From the NCBI RefSeq assembly GCF_000497125.1, contig NC_090599.1:1-64000 (forward strand): a stretch of DNA of 64,000 nucleotides, in the 5' to 3' direction. Of this stretch, positions 26,510 to 39,600 are shown in pieces. Made by a program: the position numbers and the translations under genes. Under the pieces are notes generated by a model. That model saw only the letters and a program-made list of their open reading frames with translations, was not told the DNA's origin and ran no database searches. Within the stretch, counting starts at the first letter, position 1. Each line of letters starts with the position of its first letter. The DNA comes from Spironucleus salmonicida. Its lineage: Eukaryota.

Positions 26510-27841
26510 ATGATTAATTAAATATTCATTATTAATCAAAAGGCATAGCCTATAGCATTTAGATAGTATAGCGATCAACCAAATAATATTTCTATTAATA
26601 TTTTCAAAAATCGCGTTATTTACTAATCTAATGATGTTACAGATTGTCTTCCTCCTGTTTTCGAAGAGAATGGCATCATTTATGCATATATTGAATAGTC
26701 TGAGCTTTACTATGTGGCAACCTCTTTCTAAGACTCAAATGCGTTTATTATGATTGAATTTTTGAATTAACTCTACAAACTATTCAAATCATATTTTGAT
26801 GAAGTTGATGAAACTGCACTTAAGGATAATATCACACTAGTATACGAACTTCTTGATGAAGTTGTTGACAATGGCATTCCATAAGTTATGGAACCAGATG
26901 TACTCAAATCGTTCATCTGCCAAAGGTCGATTTTGGAAAAAATCGTTGATGCCTTCAAAATCAAAGACCAGAAATCAAAGCAGATTACCGCTGCCCCTCC
27001 AGCAGTAACTGGGTTGGTGTCATGGCGCAAAGAAAACATCATCTACAAGAAAAACTAGGCTTTCCTAGATGTAACTGAGATCCTAGATGTCAACTAAACG
27101 GCCGAAGGCAAGGTCCTATCGTCATCAATAAAAGGAATTTTCAAGATGAAGTCGTTGCTTTCCGGCATGCCTAATTTGAAGTTGGGTTTGAACGACAAGG
27201 TAAAGTTCGATGCGGTTTTGGGGCAGTAAAGCTAGTAAAGCGCATAGGATGAAATCGAACTGGAAGATATTAAACTGCATTAGTGCGTCAAATTGAGCAA
27301 GTTTTCAGAGGAGAAAACGATCTCCTTTATACCTCCTGACGGTGAATTTGACTTGTTGAGTTATAGGCTGAGCAAATAGCAGCAAATTACTTTGTTAAAC
27401 TGTTAGGTGAAAGAGCTTAAAACTAATACTGGATTCAGTTATTTGGTGACTTTATCAACTAAATTTCCCAAAGATACTGTGGCTTAGCGGATTGTGGTGA
27501 GCATTCCGGTGCATTAAAATGCTGATACCCCAGTGTTCAAACCTAGCTTAGGAAAAGCAGTTTACGTTCCTGGAAATGATACTATTGAGTGGACGCTCTA
27601 AAATGTATCAGGTATGGAGTCGATTATATTAACTGCCGAATTTGGTTTGCCTTCTTGTAGAGTATAGTCCGAAGATCAGATGCTGTATAGCTAGAAACCT
27701 ATAACAATTAAGTTTGAGATCAATTAATTTAGTTTAAGCTAGATTAACGTTAGATATCTTAAGATACATGATAAAACTGGATATAAAGCGTCACCGTGGG
27801 TTAGATATCTTTCAAGTGGAAATATTGTTATTAAGAGATGA
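26510..27841 (+). CDS. AP1M: AP complex medium subunit, most like mu1 (AP-1; 443 aa)
   Basis: [81 protein letters not shown] (PWVRY is mu1-type). Confidence 0.9.
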
Positions 27842-27894
27842 TTTACCATATACTATATATTACTCATTATACTAATATATTTTTCACTTCTTTA

Positions 27895-28470
27895 ATGGAA
27901 TAGGAACCAAGTTAAAAAGTTCATAAATAATTTAAGAAAAAACCGTACAGGTAAATATTAGAAGACAGACTGCATAAAGAAAGAAATGCATATTAATAAC
28001 TGAAACCTAGCGAAAAGGAAAGCTTAATTAAATTATTCCAAACAAAAGCTAAGTTAGATACATAATAAGCTCAGCAGCTTTTATCAACTTTATCATCACA
28101 TCAGTTACATTAAATTAAAGCTGATGAGTAGAATTTTAACAAGCTTGATTATCATCTTTTCTAATTTTTGTAAAAGCCTAATCTAGCGTTGCTTTCTGAA
28201 GAACTTAGAGCTGCAATAATTTCGAACACAAATTTTACTGAATAATCTATTTAATCCTTAAATTCACTTAATGTAGAGTTTTGGTATTACCTATCAAAAG
28301 TTAATGTTACTTCTTTACTTGAAAAATTTAATGGATAATAACTTTTGAAGATTGTCAAAGCTGTCGCTTTTAACGTATTTTCTAGGGAAAATATTTCTAA
28401 TGCAGAAGAACTCGCCAATGCTACAACACTCAACGATGCTGATCGCATAGCTCTTTGTCTATAAAAATGA
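27895..28470 (+). CDS. Hypothetical protein (191 aa)
   Basis: ATG 27895 to TGA 28468, open with TAR=Gln; fills the gap between known genes. Confidence 0.65.
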
Positions 28471-28630
28471 ATAAAATAATTAATGTTATATATACTTTTA
28501 TAACATAATTATTATACCTATGTATATGATATTGACTTTTAAATTATGAATCTAAGTTAATTTATAATTAGTGTACACAATTTGAAAGTATAATTTCTGT
28601 AATATAATATATCAATTCAATAAAAATTAT

Positions 28631-28640
28631 CCCTTTCCTT
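28631..28640 (+). promoter_or_regulatory. C-rich element upstream of the FKBP start codon
   Basis: CCCTTTCCTT 8 nt before ATG 28649. Confidence 0.4.
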
Positions 28641-28648
28641 TAATCTTA

Positions 28649-28975
28649 ATGGCTGAAATCAAAAAATAAATAATCAAGGAAGGTGACGGTAAGAAACCCT
28701 GTAAAGGAGATAAAATTTCTGTACATTATACTGGAACATTCTTAGATGGTAAGAAGTTCGATTCATCCAGAGATCGCAATAAGGTATTTACATTCAGCGT
28801 AGGTATGGGGCAGGTTATTAAAGGTTGGGATATCAGCTTCGCTGACATGTCTATTGGGGAACATTCAGTAATCACAATTCCTTATTAATATGCATATGGA
28901 GAAAATGGATACCCTCCTATCATTCCTCCCAAGTCCGACTTAGTCTTCGATGTCGAGCTTCTAAAAATAAACTGA
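28649..28975 (+). CDS. FKBP12: FKBP12-type peptidyl-prolyl cis-trans isomerase (108 aa)
   Basis: [52 protein letters not shown]. Confidence 0.97.
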
Positions 28976-28985
28976 TCAGTTATCT

Positions 28986-29732
28986 TCACTTCAGCACAAT
29001 ACTCAATATTATGCATGCAATTATCTTGCAGAAATCAGAATCGTTATCGGTAAGCAGTAAAACCTATCCCTTGAGCTTCCTACCATTCAATAATTATTTC
29101 AATGCAAGCTGGCATTTAACTAAATCCTTCCAGTTGAAGTACGCATCCAATCTATTAATGAGTTTAGGACTAAGCGATAATCCTTTGTGGAGTTTATTGA
29201 CTTTTTGAAAGATTTCGCTAAAGTCATAATCGTGCTGTGTAAGAGATTAATTTTCTTCATTTTTATAATAAAACTAAGCACCATTTGGGACGTATCTTTC
29301 AGAAAATTTAGCTTTAAGCTATTCTAATAGATCGAATATCTTGCTAGCTTCGCTGTAGTATTATAAATACTTCCTCTTTTCCATAATTTCAGTATCAATA
29401 AAAGGTGGTTATTGAGATTTTTTAGCCTATTTATATAACTTAGTTGACTTAGGGGTTTTGATATACTGTTCAACGCGAAAATCATGAATAGTCTCTTCAT
29501 ATGGATTTGTTAAGTGGTAAATAGGTTTCAAATGGGAATTATTCTTGCTTGTAAAAATATTAAGTACAGAGGTAACATATTTGTCAATATCCGAATTTTA
29601 CTATATATTAAGCCTCTTGAAAGACAAGCTACTTGATTCGTACTCTCTTTTTAACTTCTGATTTAATATAGTGATCTCCGCCATATGCTGATCGTGCGGT
29701 ATACAAAGATGCTCTGAAGTTTTCCATCTCAT
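28986..29732 (-). CDS. Hypothetical protein (248 aa)
   Basis: ATG 29732 (MRWKTSEHLCIPHDQH...) to TGA 28986; stop lies in AGTGA context. Confidence 0.7.
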
Positions 29733-29943
29733 TTTAAATTTAACGCGGTGAGGGATATAAAAGTACAATATATTCTATATAAAAATGCTATTATTTTAAA
29801 TATATAATATTAGATTTAGTTTGCTGCATATATTTCTTAATATTATCATCACCTATGTTTTAAATCGATCTAACTTATTTACTTCTTTGCACTTAACTTA
29901 CGAATATCAACCAAATTTATTATATAATAATAAATATAATATT

Positions 29944-29959
29944 CCGTCCTTCCCCTTCC
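29944..29959 (+). promoter_or_regulatory. C-rich element just upstream of the V-ATPase E start codon
   Basis: CCGTCCTTCCCCTTCC 16 nt before the ATG, preceded by an AT-only tract; similar blocks precede FKBP, Sec23 and dynein. Confidence 0.45.
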
Positions 29960-29975
29960 AATCTAATCCTTAAAA

Positions 29976-30545
29976 ATGGAAATCTACGAATCTACCTACC
30001 AGGATTATTCTGATCTTGCATTTGAGATAGAAACAGAATCTGCACTTGCTGCTGCTAAAAAAGCTCATATTTCTCAAAAAACAGATCTAGCTCAAATTTA
30101 GTAGCAAATGCGCACTGAAAAAAAGTAAATTGCTGCAGATCTAGCAGTAGGAAGGTCAAAATTCGTTTCAGAAAGTCGTTAGAAACTATTAATTGAAGCT
30201 ACTTAGCAAATGCTAATTGTTTAGAACAAAGGACTAGAGGCATGCGTCTCAAAAGCCGATAGCGATAAAGTAGGTTATGGAAAATTAATTTAAAAGTTGA
30301 TTTAATTGGGATAGGAATAAATTAGAGGAGAAACAGTTGTTTAGTGCAGAAAATAGGATCAAGGGCTTATTAGCGGGGAATCTAAAGAAGGCATAGAAAA
30401 TAGCGATAGAGGTGTGATAGTGCAGTCAACAGATGGGAGAATCACAGTAGATTTAACAGTTAAAGAGAGGGTCAGGCAGGTTTGCAAGTACTACGCACCA
30501 CAGATAAACTCCGTTATTTTACCAGAATATGAGCTTGTGGAATGA
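29976..30545 (+). CDS. ATP6V1E: V-type H+-ATPase V1 subunit E (189 aa)
   Basis: Helical N-terminus, YGKLIQKLIQLG, VVQCRKQD, GVIVQSTDGRITVDLTVKERV...YAPQINSVIL. Confidence 0.82.
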
Positions 30546-30607
30546 AAATAAGGTTGGAGTGAAAAGTTAAAATATGTATAAAACTTAACAATGAAAATAA
30601 TGTACAA

Positions 30608-33600
30608 TCAGTAGTCTAACCCACAAAGCGCGGCAGTTCCTAAACGAACGTAGCGGTCCTCTTCAAATTCTGATGGTATTATCAGAGGTAATACAAAGTT
30701 TGTAGAATGTCCAGTCGAGGACAAGACACCCGCGCGTTATGATGTTCTATAAACTGGCGAAATGTAACCTGCTTGTTGTTGATTTTTCTACTCCACTGGT
30801 AAAAATCTGATGTACGGGAGTTTAGGATATAAAATTCCTAATTTAGGTTCTACTAATTTCGATGTTTCGAGGTCAAAGTAGCCACAGTCTAAAAATAGGC
30901 CATGTATCCAAGTAGCATCTTTTACCATATCATCATCAGTAATTTCTGGGCCTGTGAAATCTGACCACTCTTTATTCGAGTAATTAAAATCAAATTTAAG
31001 CGAATCTACTGCGATTTTGTGCTTTCTAGCATGAGTTTGTAATAATGCAGTACAAAAGCCTTATGGGAAGTATAATCCTGAAAGCCAGAATGACATGGGT
31101 CTACCCTTAGTGAGCCAGGATCTAGCAAAAACTACTCTTAAAATCAAATCCTCAAACCAAGGTGCAAGAGGCTTCAACGATGGATATGCGATAGAACCCC
31201 ATATCACTGGGACTTTTCCATCATAGAGTGATTTATAAATAGACTCCAAATCTGATGAAAGGATCACATCACCTTTGATAGCCAATTTTACATTCGTTAA
31301 AGTTTACTTTAAAACATCTAAAAGCTAGTTAAATCTCTCCATTTCCTGCTTTAAAATAGTAGTAAGGCAATGTGGAACATTGTTTTCGTCAAAGGTGATC
31401 GATTTCGGATTCGCTTCGTTGATATCTAATGGCTAGGGCAACTTGTTGAGCAAATTACTTGCGATATTATCTACAATTTCGTCTACTGTTATCGATTTTA
31501 CGTCGACACCAAAAACTTAGATATTAAGTATTTTGATTTTGTCTTTGATAATTTTATGTTATTCTTCCGCAGATAACTTTTCTTCTCCTTCTTTAGCTAC
31601 TTCTTTTTAGCCCTTTTCTACCTTCGGAGCAGAATCTTGTTGGTCTGATTTTACACAATCTGCTGACACTGAAAGAACTCTGTCTAAAATTCTAGATGTC
31701 TCTGATTATTGATTGACAACTGCCGAGTTTTCAGACATACCGAACACCATAGTCTAATCAACAGGTGGTAAATTTTATAACTTATTTATAACATCCTATA
31801 ACTTTGTTTCATGGTCGATAAAACTTAAAGAATATCTATCATCTTAATCTACGAAACTATACGGCTACATTATACCATCTTACTCCTTAACAATTTTATC
31901 AGTAATGATCTTTCGTAAAATAGTTGCAACAGTTCTCTTATCCCATGAATCGTTAACTTTACCACCGTAATGAATCGCGCCAAAAATAAATTCTACCGCA
32001 GACCAGTCCAAAGAGATAAACAGACCTTATAATATATCTGACGGTCTCTTGAATTCTTTTAAGAAAAAGTCTTCCAACTATAAAAGACACATCTCAATAT
32101 CCGTGTCATTAAAGTCATAATGTAAATTATAGCCTTGAGGGCCGAACTTCTTTCTTTCAAGTAAATTAGAGTGGAAGAACATACAAGAAAATACAATACG
32201 CTTCCAGGTACCAATAATACCGTTCTTATCGAAAACTTATGGCATTTTACCAATAATACTCTATAAATTGAACTTCTCTTCGTTAATACTATTAAACTAA
32301 CGTAATAAATTATTCTTCATTCCTGACGGAGGTTCAGTTGTGCACTTCAAAGAAGCCTGCAACACTGACTATGGGAAATAATCAACAGGAGTTGACGATA
32401 AATAAAGTCTAAATCCAGGATTAGGTGGTAAAGTAAGATAATCAAGTTATGAAGTAGTTTATCCTTACTTAGAAGAAGATAAAGATTCTATTATTATCTC
32501 TAACTCTGGTAAAAAGTCTGATTGAGCTAAATGAACGTTTTATAGGAATATCCAAGACCCATCTTAAGTTGCAGTCTTTAGAAGCTATCTAACTCCTGGT
32601 GTTTAACCTTTCCCAAGTGAAATAATATGGAAAAACTTTTTATATTCTTCAGCAAGTAGCTGAGTTGAAGCTACAGGATCTACTCCTTCTGATATAATAA
32701 ATAATACAGGTGCAAACTATGTAGAATCTAAATATAGTTATTTAAGCGGTTGTGGTTTAATATTAGCAAAGCGCGTATCCAAAATTATTTCAATATAAGT
32801 CGGCAAAACGATAAAGAAGTACTCGTCAGCCAATAATTTAACGAACAATAATCTCTAAAAAGCAGTAGTCTTAAAAGATTTGAACGCCTCGATTAAGAAC
32901 TAGAAGCTCTCAGTTTTCGATGTATTGTCCATCGTTAAAATAAACATTAAATTGTCATTTAATGTGTTTCTGTCTTATTTAATATAGTCTCTAATATTAA
33001 TATATTATTACAAGAAGAGGTTTGCAGAATCCCACATATAAGGCACTTGGCACATAACTTTAATCTGTTCGATTAATTTTGGAGTGAAATCTGTCTGCAA
33101 ATTGAGTAACTCTAATAACTTCTTCGTTTCCGTCTAGTGTGATTTCTTATTAATATCTTAATTGTATATATCTGCATAAACTGCACCCTTAGTGAACAAT
33201 CCCCATTCTTCTTCTTAAATATCGCCTTTGTTCTATAAAATGCGGCATCCTAATAAGAAGGCGAAAACAAACTTATCCTTCTCAAACAAACCTCGTGAAA
33301 TCCCAGTGAAGAGGTTAAACGTTAGTTTCTCAATCAAAATAATAACTCTATTTTCAATATTTTCAGTATCCTGTCTATGTTCCTCTACTTTGCTGACTTC
33401 TTGTAAAACAAGCTGCTTATAGTAGCTTAAACTGAACAAATACATCTACTCAACAAGACTCATATCTGAAATCAAGAAGTAAATTAAGGATGTTCTGATA
33501 GCAACTGGCATGTAGTATTTATAATATTAAGATATCTTTTCTCTTGTACTGGCACTGGCAATCTCTTTCTCTTAAATTGCTTAGCTTGTAGCTTTAGATT

Positions 33601-36600
33601 CATTTAATACTTAGATAAGTCCTTCGTTATCTAGGACAGAACCTTAGAATGAAGAAAGTTCGTGTAGAATTTAACCAGCTAGTTTTGTTAATAGTTTTTT
33701 ATTTGTAGAAGATTCTGCGGTTAACTCTGCTCTGGCTTTTTCTAAATCTGGATACTCTAACGTAATGATTTCACCTAAAATTTATTGCTGAAGTGCATCA
33801 ACAGCAATAGAAAAGTTGATAATTTGTAATTTGGCATGTGTTTCTGGTGAATACTTAGGATTCATTAACTTTGTTGTAATATAGAGTCTGAAGTTTGGAT
33901 GAACTTCAACTGGTTGGTCTCCCAGTTTTACCATTTGTTTACCATTGTCTATAGTGAATTGACGTTCTATGATAGGTTAAAGAGAAGGATCCAACTTTTC
34001 GCTTACGCCATCTAAAAGTATAGGGATACCACCACGAATTGCAGCTTCAAATTTACGAACAATTCCTGGTTAAGTAGGTCGAATTATCATTACTTGATTA
34101 GATGCTTCCAGCTCTTTAATAAAATTGGACCCCTAATTTTAAGGATCTATCAAAAGAGGCCATTTCATATCTAATATTTCCTATATTATAACGGCGTTAT
34201 CAATTGACTATTAATCATTCGGAAGACCGAACTCTTTCCAGATTTCAACTTACATTTCATCTGATGAAACTAGGTTAAATATACCTTTCTCGATATGGGA
34301 GGATGGAGAAGTTTAGATATTGTAAATTTACAGCAAACCAAACCAATATGACATTAGCTTTGTCCTGAACTAACTTGTAAATACGCCAAAATAGCAAACT
34401 CCACAAGCTGCCAAAAATACATCTCCGATAACTTTCTGCAGGCTCTCTTTTAGTTCACCGGACTGTTGAACCCAACGAACACGCTCATCTCCCAACGCAG
34501 ATGTAAGCTTCTCAGCTCTATCCAAACGTTGTTTTGTGAGCTCCATTTGCTTCTACAGAGAATCTAAATTAGACTTATTAGTATTTAATGTATCCGTCAA
34601 TATCTAGAACTAGGCTTCAACCTTCGCCAAGTTGTCTTATTTCTCTTTCAAAACAGCTTGTTTCTGATCCAACTCTGTTTTCGCCTTCTACAATCTCTGT
34701 CTTTTTGGTTCGACTTCTCTGTTAACATAACTATACTTTTCAACAGCGACAACCCATAAAGAGAGTGACTTGCACGCTAGGGATACTTTTTCAATTTTTG
34801 CAGGTTCAAAGTCTTCGTTTTGTGTGTAAACTTTCAATTTCTTGAGCATCTAATCAGAAATATTGTCCTTGTCATATTGTTATAATACCTTGATGAAACC
34901 ATTCTAGCCTAACATTTATTAACAGGATGCCCAATCTGTTTTACATCCCAAAAGAATAGCAATCGATTCGATAACCATCTTGACCAATTTTGTGGGAGAA
35001 GATACACGTTTCATTTCTGCAATATCACCAGCATTGATAGAATCCAATGCCTTGATTGCCATCTGTATAATTGGTTCACAAGCATCTAATTCTTTTTAGG
35101 CGTCACTTGCCATCATTTCACACTCTTTTGTCTAAGCTGCAACAATAGCAGCATCTGACATAGCCGTTTAGCGCATCTAATTAACTTAAACTGCCTCTTT
35201 ATCTACTTGCTGTATCAATTCATTCGTACTTATAGTAGACTTTTCTAATTCAGGCTTAAGTGCTTCTTGCTCTAATTAGAGTATATCAACCTGATCCTTA
35301 GCATCTATCAGCTTAATTACACCAGTTTATAGTTAGGTATATTTTGTAGCAATTTCAGCAATACGTTTTTGAAGAAGGTTACAATAAATATTCAGAAGAT
35401 CCAAAAATGTTGCTGGCGGCAGGTAATGGCGCCTGTTAGTCTGCATATAATATTACTACAATAATTTCTCAGTATTGCTGTGAATTTCTGTTGCCAATGG
35501 CGCTAGTTTAATAGCTAGTTTCTTTGCGAAATTTTAATTTTCAGTTGTATCAACGTTACCTGTAATAGACGAAAAATCTACAGACTTAAGCTTTTCTTTC
35601 AAAATATTTAATGATACATCTTGTAGTGCTGTCTAAGGCCACGGATGGAACCACACAATTGACATACATGTCAACAGTGAAGGGAATGTTCTTAAACGGG
35701 CACGGAATTCTTCACCAGATGGCGAAAGACAAAGCACCAAATGCAGCTTATCTCTGACTCTGTTGATGAAAAAGTTGAAAACTGATGCCTTATTTCCAAC
35801 GTCAATAATATCAGAAAGATTATTATCGTTGATATATGTTCTAGTAGTGGTCATAATCTGATCCATCTCATCTGCTTCGAATAAGTTAGAGATCAGGCCT
35901 GAATTAAGGATATTATTGATATCTTCAAGTATTGCTTCAGATACTAGTTAAGATTCATCTAGCAAAAATACAATATTTTTACCCTGAAGACCTGCTTTGA
36001 GATAAAGCTTCTTTACGTCATCATGGAAATCTTACTGAGAATATCCTTTCTTAAGTTGAATAGACTCAACTTCAAACTCGCACATAAACGCTGCCAAGCG
36101 TGTAAGCGACTTTCTTCCTGATCCGCCTACACCTACATTCATTAAATTACCTCTTTCTGTAGAGAGTATCTTTGCAATTTTATTAATGTAAAACACAGCA
36201 TCTTCAAACAAAATGAGATTCATTTTCTATGCTCCAGATTCGTTGTACGAATCCAAGTATTAATACATAAGTGCGGAGTTTGTCTTAAAATCTTTAGACT
36301 ACTCATAAACTCTTTCTTCCAGTGGTGTACCCATTCTCATATAGTCTCCCCACATTTCTAAAAATTGTGGATTTTAAGGAACAATTTCTAATGCTAAAGG
36401 TATACCTTCGTCGTCGAAACATGATTCATACACCAATGCTTTTTTAAGACCTGTGCCAGACTATGTATTAAGTACATCAACAATCTATTTGCAAACTCTT
36501 TCTCTATCGAAAGAGTTAACCGTTCTATCACCAAAAACGCGTAGGATTTCGTGTCTAAACAACGAAATAAAATCGTCAGTTTACTTTATAATGGTTTTAG

Positions 36601-39600
36601 GAGCTCTTAGTAAACCTTAAACTACCTTAGAAACATCACGAAGTGTGAAGGAATAATGCATTTTTGAAGGAGTTGGCTTTAAAATACCAGATAAATTGTG
36701 ATAAATAGCAATTAATGCTTTGACAATTCCAGTGGAGCTAGAAATAATATCAGAATTATATTTATAATAATTAAGATGAGATGATAGTATTTGATCATAA
36801 ATTTTAATTAACGAATCATCCTCTGATTCTGGTTAATTAATTAAAATAAAACTTGTTGTTAACCTTGTAGTTAAAGATTCTCTACCTCCGCCAGGTGGTG
36901 CACACGAAGCAAGAATCTTTGTATCTTGTATCTTCTTGAAAAACAATTCTTTTCTATCATAGAAACCATCGGTATCTAATAAGAATCTGATAAATTCAAT
37001 TGGTTGTGAGCATTCATATATGTCTTTAGCAGGCAAATTCAAATCATCTATGTAGATAATACCTTTCTTTCCAATGATAGGCCCTAATAAATTCTTTCTT
37101 CTTTTCTCTAAAGTATCTTCTAAAATTTACTAAATACGTAAACTTGATGTCCTAGCTGAGAAATTAATCTATATATTTTAAATTATTAATCTAGCATCTA
37201 GGCTGCTTAATAAACTACTTAATACTGAAGTTTTACCAGAACCAGAAGCACCAGTTAGCAGTATATGATTTCCATTCTTCATGAGAGATTCTAAGAAATG
37301 TTAATATCTAACAGTATCCTAAGTGTTAATAAACAAAGATGAAAACGGCAAATTTGGATTATATGTAAATGCTGGAATCAATGCTGCAAACGATGTGAAT
37401 TACACAGGAAGCTGTAATACCTCGCATTATAGCAATTCTTATTACTCTTCAATCCCAGATGCAAATATCTAAGCAACTGTAGAAAAGTTCATTATAATAT
37501 CTTCAGATTTATAAAATAATAGTGGTAATTTTTATGATCCAGCATTTACTAATCTAGGGCAAACCTATCCAACTCCATGGTAAATAGGTAGATGAGCGAA
37601 TGATGCTAAAATCTCAAACTATTAAGTTAAAAATGGCTACCAATCAAGATAATAATCAAATACAGTACCCTAATTAGGAATTAATGATAAATTAACACCT
37701 AAAGGTAACTCTAAATCTAACTTTTCAAATGGAGCTTATCTATCCTCCTCTTATAACTCTCCCTGCTGTAATTTCAGATTAAGTTGTTGTAAATTCTCAT
37801 TTTAAAGCTCAATTTGTAATCTAATTAATGCATCGAAATCTTCTCTGTTCTATTTGTTTCCAGCAGCTAACGTGCCGCCAAAACTCCAAATAAACGAAAA
37901 CATGAATAAATTCTTAATGAGCTATTATACCTATTTGAACTCCTCAGACTGTAAAATAAAGTCTAAAATTTGCTAAATAACCTCTTCTTCAGAAGGAGGT
38001 TGAGACAGCATAATCTGGTTTCTATACAAGAACTGCAATGTCAAAAATCTAATAAAAACTGAAAAATCAAGTTAGTCCATAATTGGACTGTCCTCTGCTT
38101 TTTGAGCATCTGCTAATCCATTTTCGGTAGCAAATTTATCCAGTTCTTCTTATTAATCCAATTGAGACTACGCCGACATAGATCTGTTGTATTTGAGCAA
38201 AGACCCAAAGATGAGCAAAATTTAATTAACTAACTAATACTCATTGGTATTAATGTACAGGTTACGTACAGTAGATGCGTATTTCAGACCAATTGGAACG
38301 AAAATTGCCATAAGTTTCACAAATAAACCTTTTAATTTTTCGTAAATGATCATTTCAATGCATTTTGTTGTGATATCTTCGTCTTATGCATCTTTCAAGG
38401 ATTTAAATAAGAAAAGTTGGTCAAATTCAGAGTCTAGCCAGGAAATGACAATATGGTCCCATCTAACTATTTATTATTCTAGGCTTTTGGTTACTGCATG
38501 TTTAAGGACTTTAGCATCGAGTTCGGCCTTTTCATCATCTGTCAAGCTCTTAAAATTCTGTGGTCTCAGGTGAATTGCTGAAATTTATAAAGTATCAGCC
38601 AAAGTGCATTCAGGATAAAATAATATGCCTAGCCTAGAGACTGTAGCTGGAGATGCATGTTTAAGTGATTCGCATTCAAACAGAATACTAATGTAATCAT
38701 TGATTTTAAGCCTTTCTGAGTTGGCTAGGCATAAAAGCTTCGAATCATCTAACAATGAATTCATGGTTTCAATCCATTCTGTGGATACGTGTGAATCAAA
38801 CAAAATAAATTATTTAATTGCAGTGTCGGCATCTTTTGTATCTGAAAGACAAGTCCTCATAATATTACCTAAAAGACCGTCCTTCCATTCTCCTGAAACA
38901 TCATCATAAGCACCATAAATTTCGTTGATAGTGATAGCCTTAGAGTTAATAAGATGAGTTTGTGTCTTATTAACAACTGACATGGGGAAATTACTGTCAA
39001 ATATTTTCTTATCTTCAGGTGAATACTGAGTATTAACGATTTCACGCAAATATCCTAATGCTTCTGTCATTGTATTAAGAGAAACAGTTTTTCCTGATTT
39101 TGCAGGGCCCATCATTAAAACACCATGACGAATCTACGACGTTTCAAATAGTTGATTAATCTTTTAAACTACCACTTAATTAACTTACAAGTTGTGCTCT
39201 CTTAAGGATCTCTCTATACATTTCTACAAATCTTGGTTCGGCTATTGAACATACTATTCGTTTGGGAATAAATCATTAATAATACCCATAAACAAATCCC
39301 TATCATCTGCCTCCATACGAGGAAGATTCGAATCTTACATTGCTCTGATTAACACCTATTCTTCTGATTAATCTTCAAATTTTCTGCGAAGGTTACCAGC
39401 CATCGATAAAACTGATTTTGTACCTCTCATACCGAAATCATACGAATTAGATTGGGATAATTATTCTGAAGATAATTTATATAACTAAACAACCTTTCTA
39501 GATAGTGGTTTAGCTTGTGTAAATCCTTATGAGAAAAGGATAATTTCTGAGATGAGTGAATAATCTGGAACAACCATAGAAAATGTACGGAATAAGTTCT

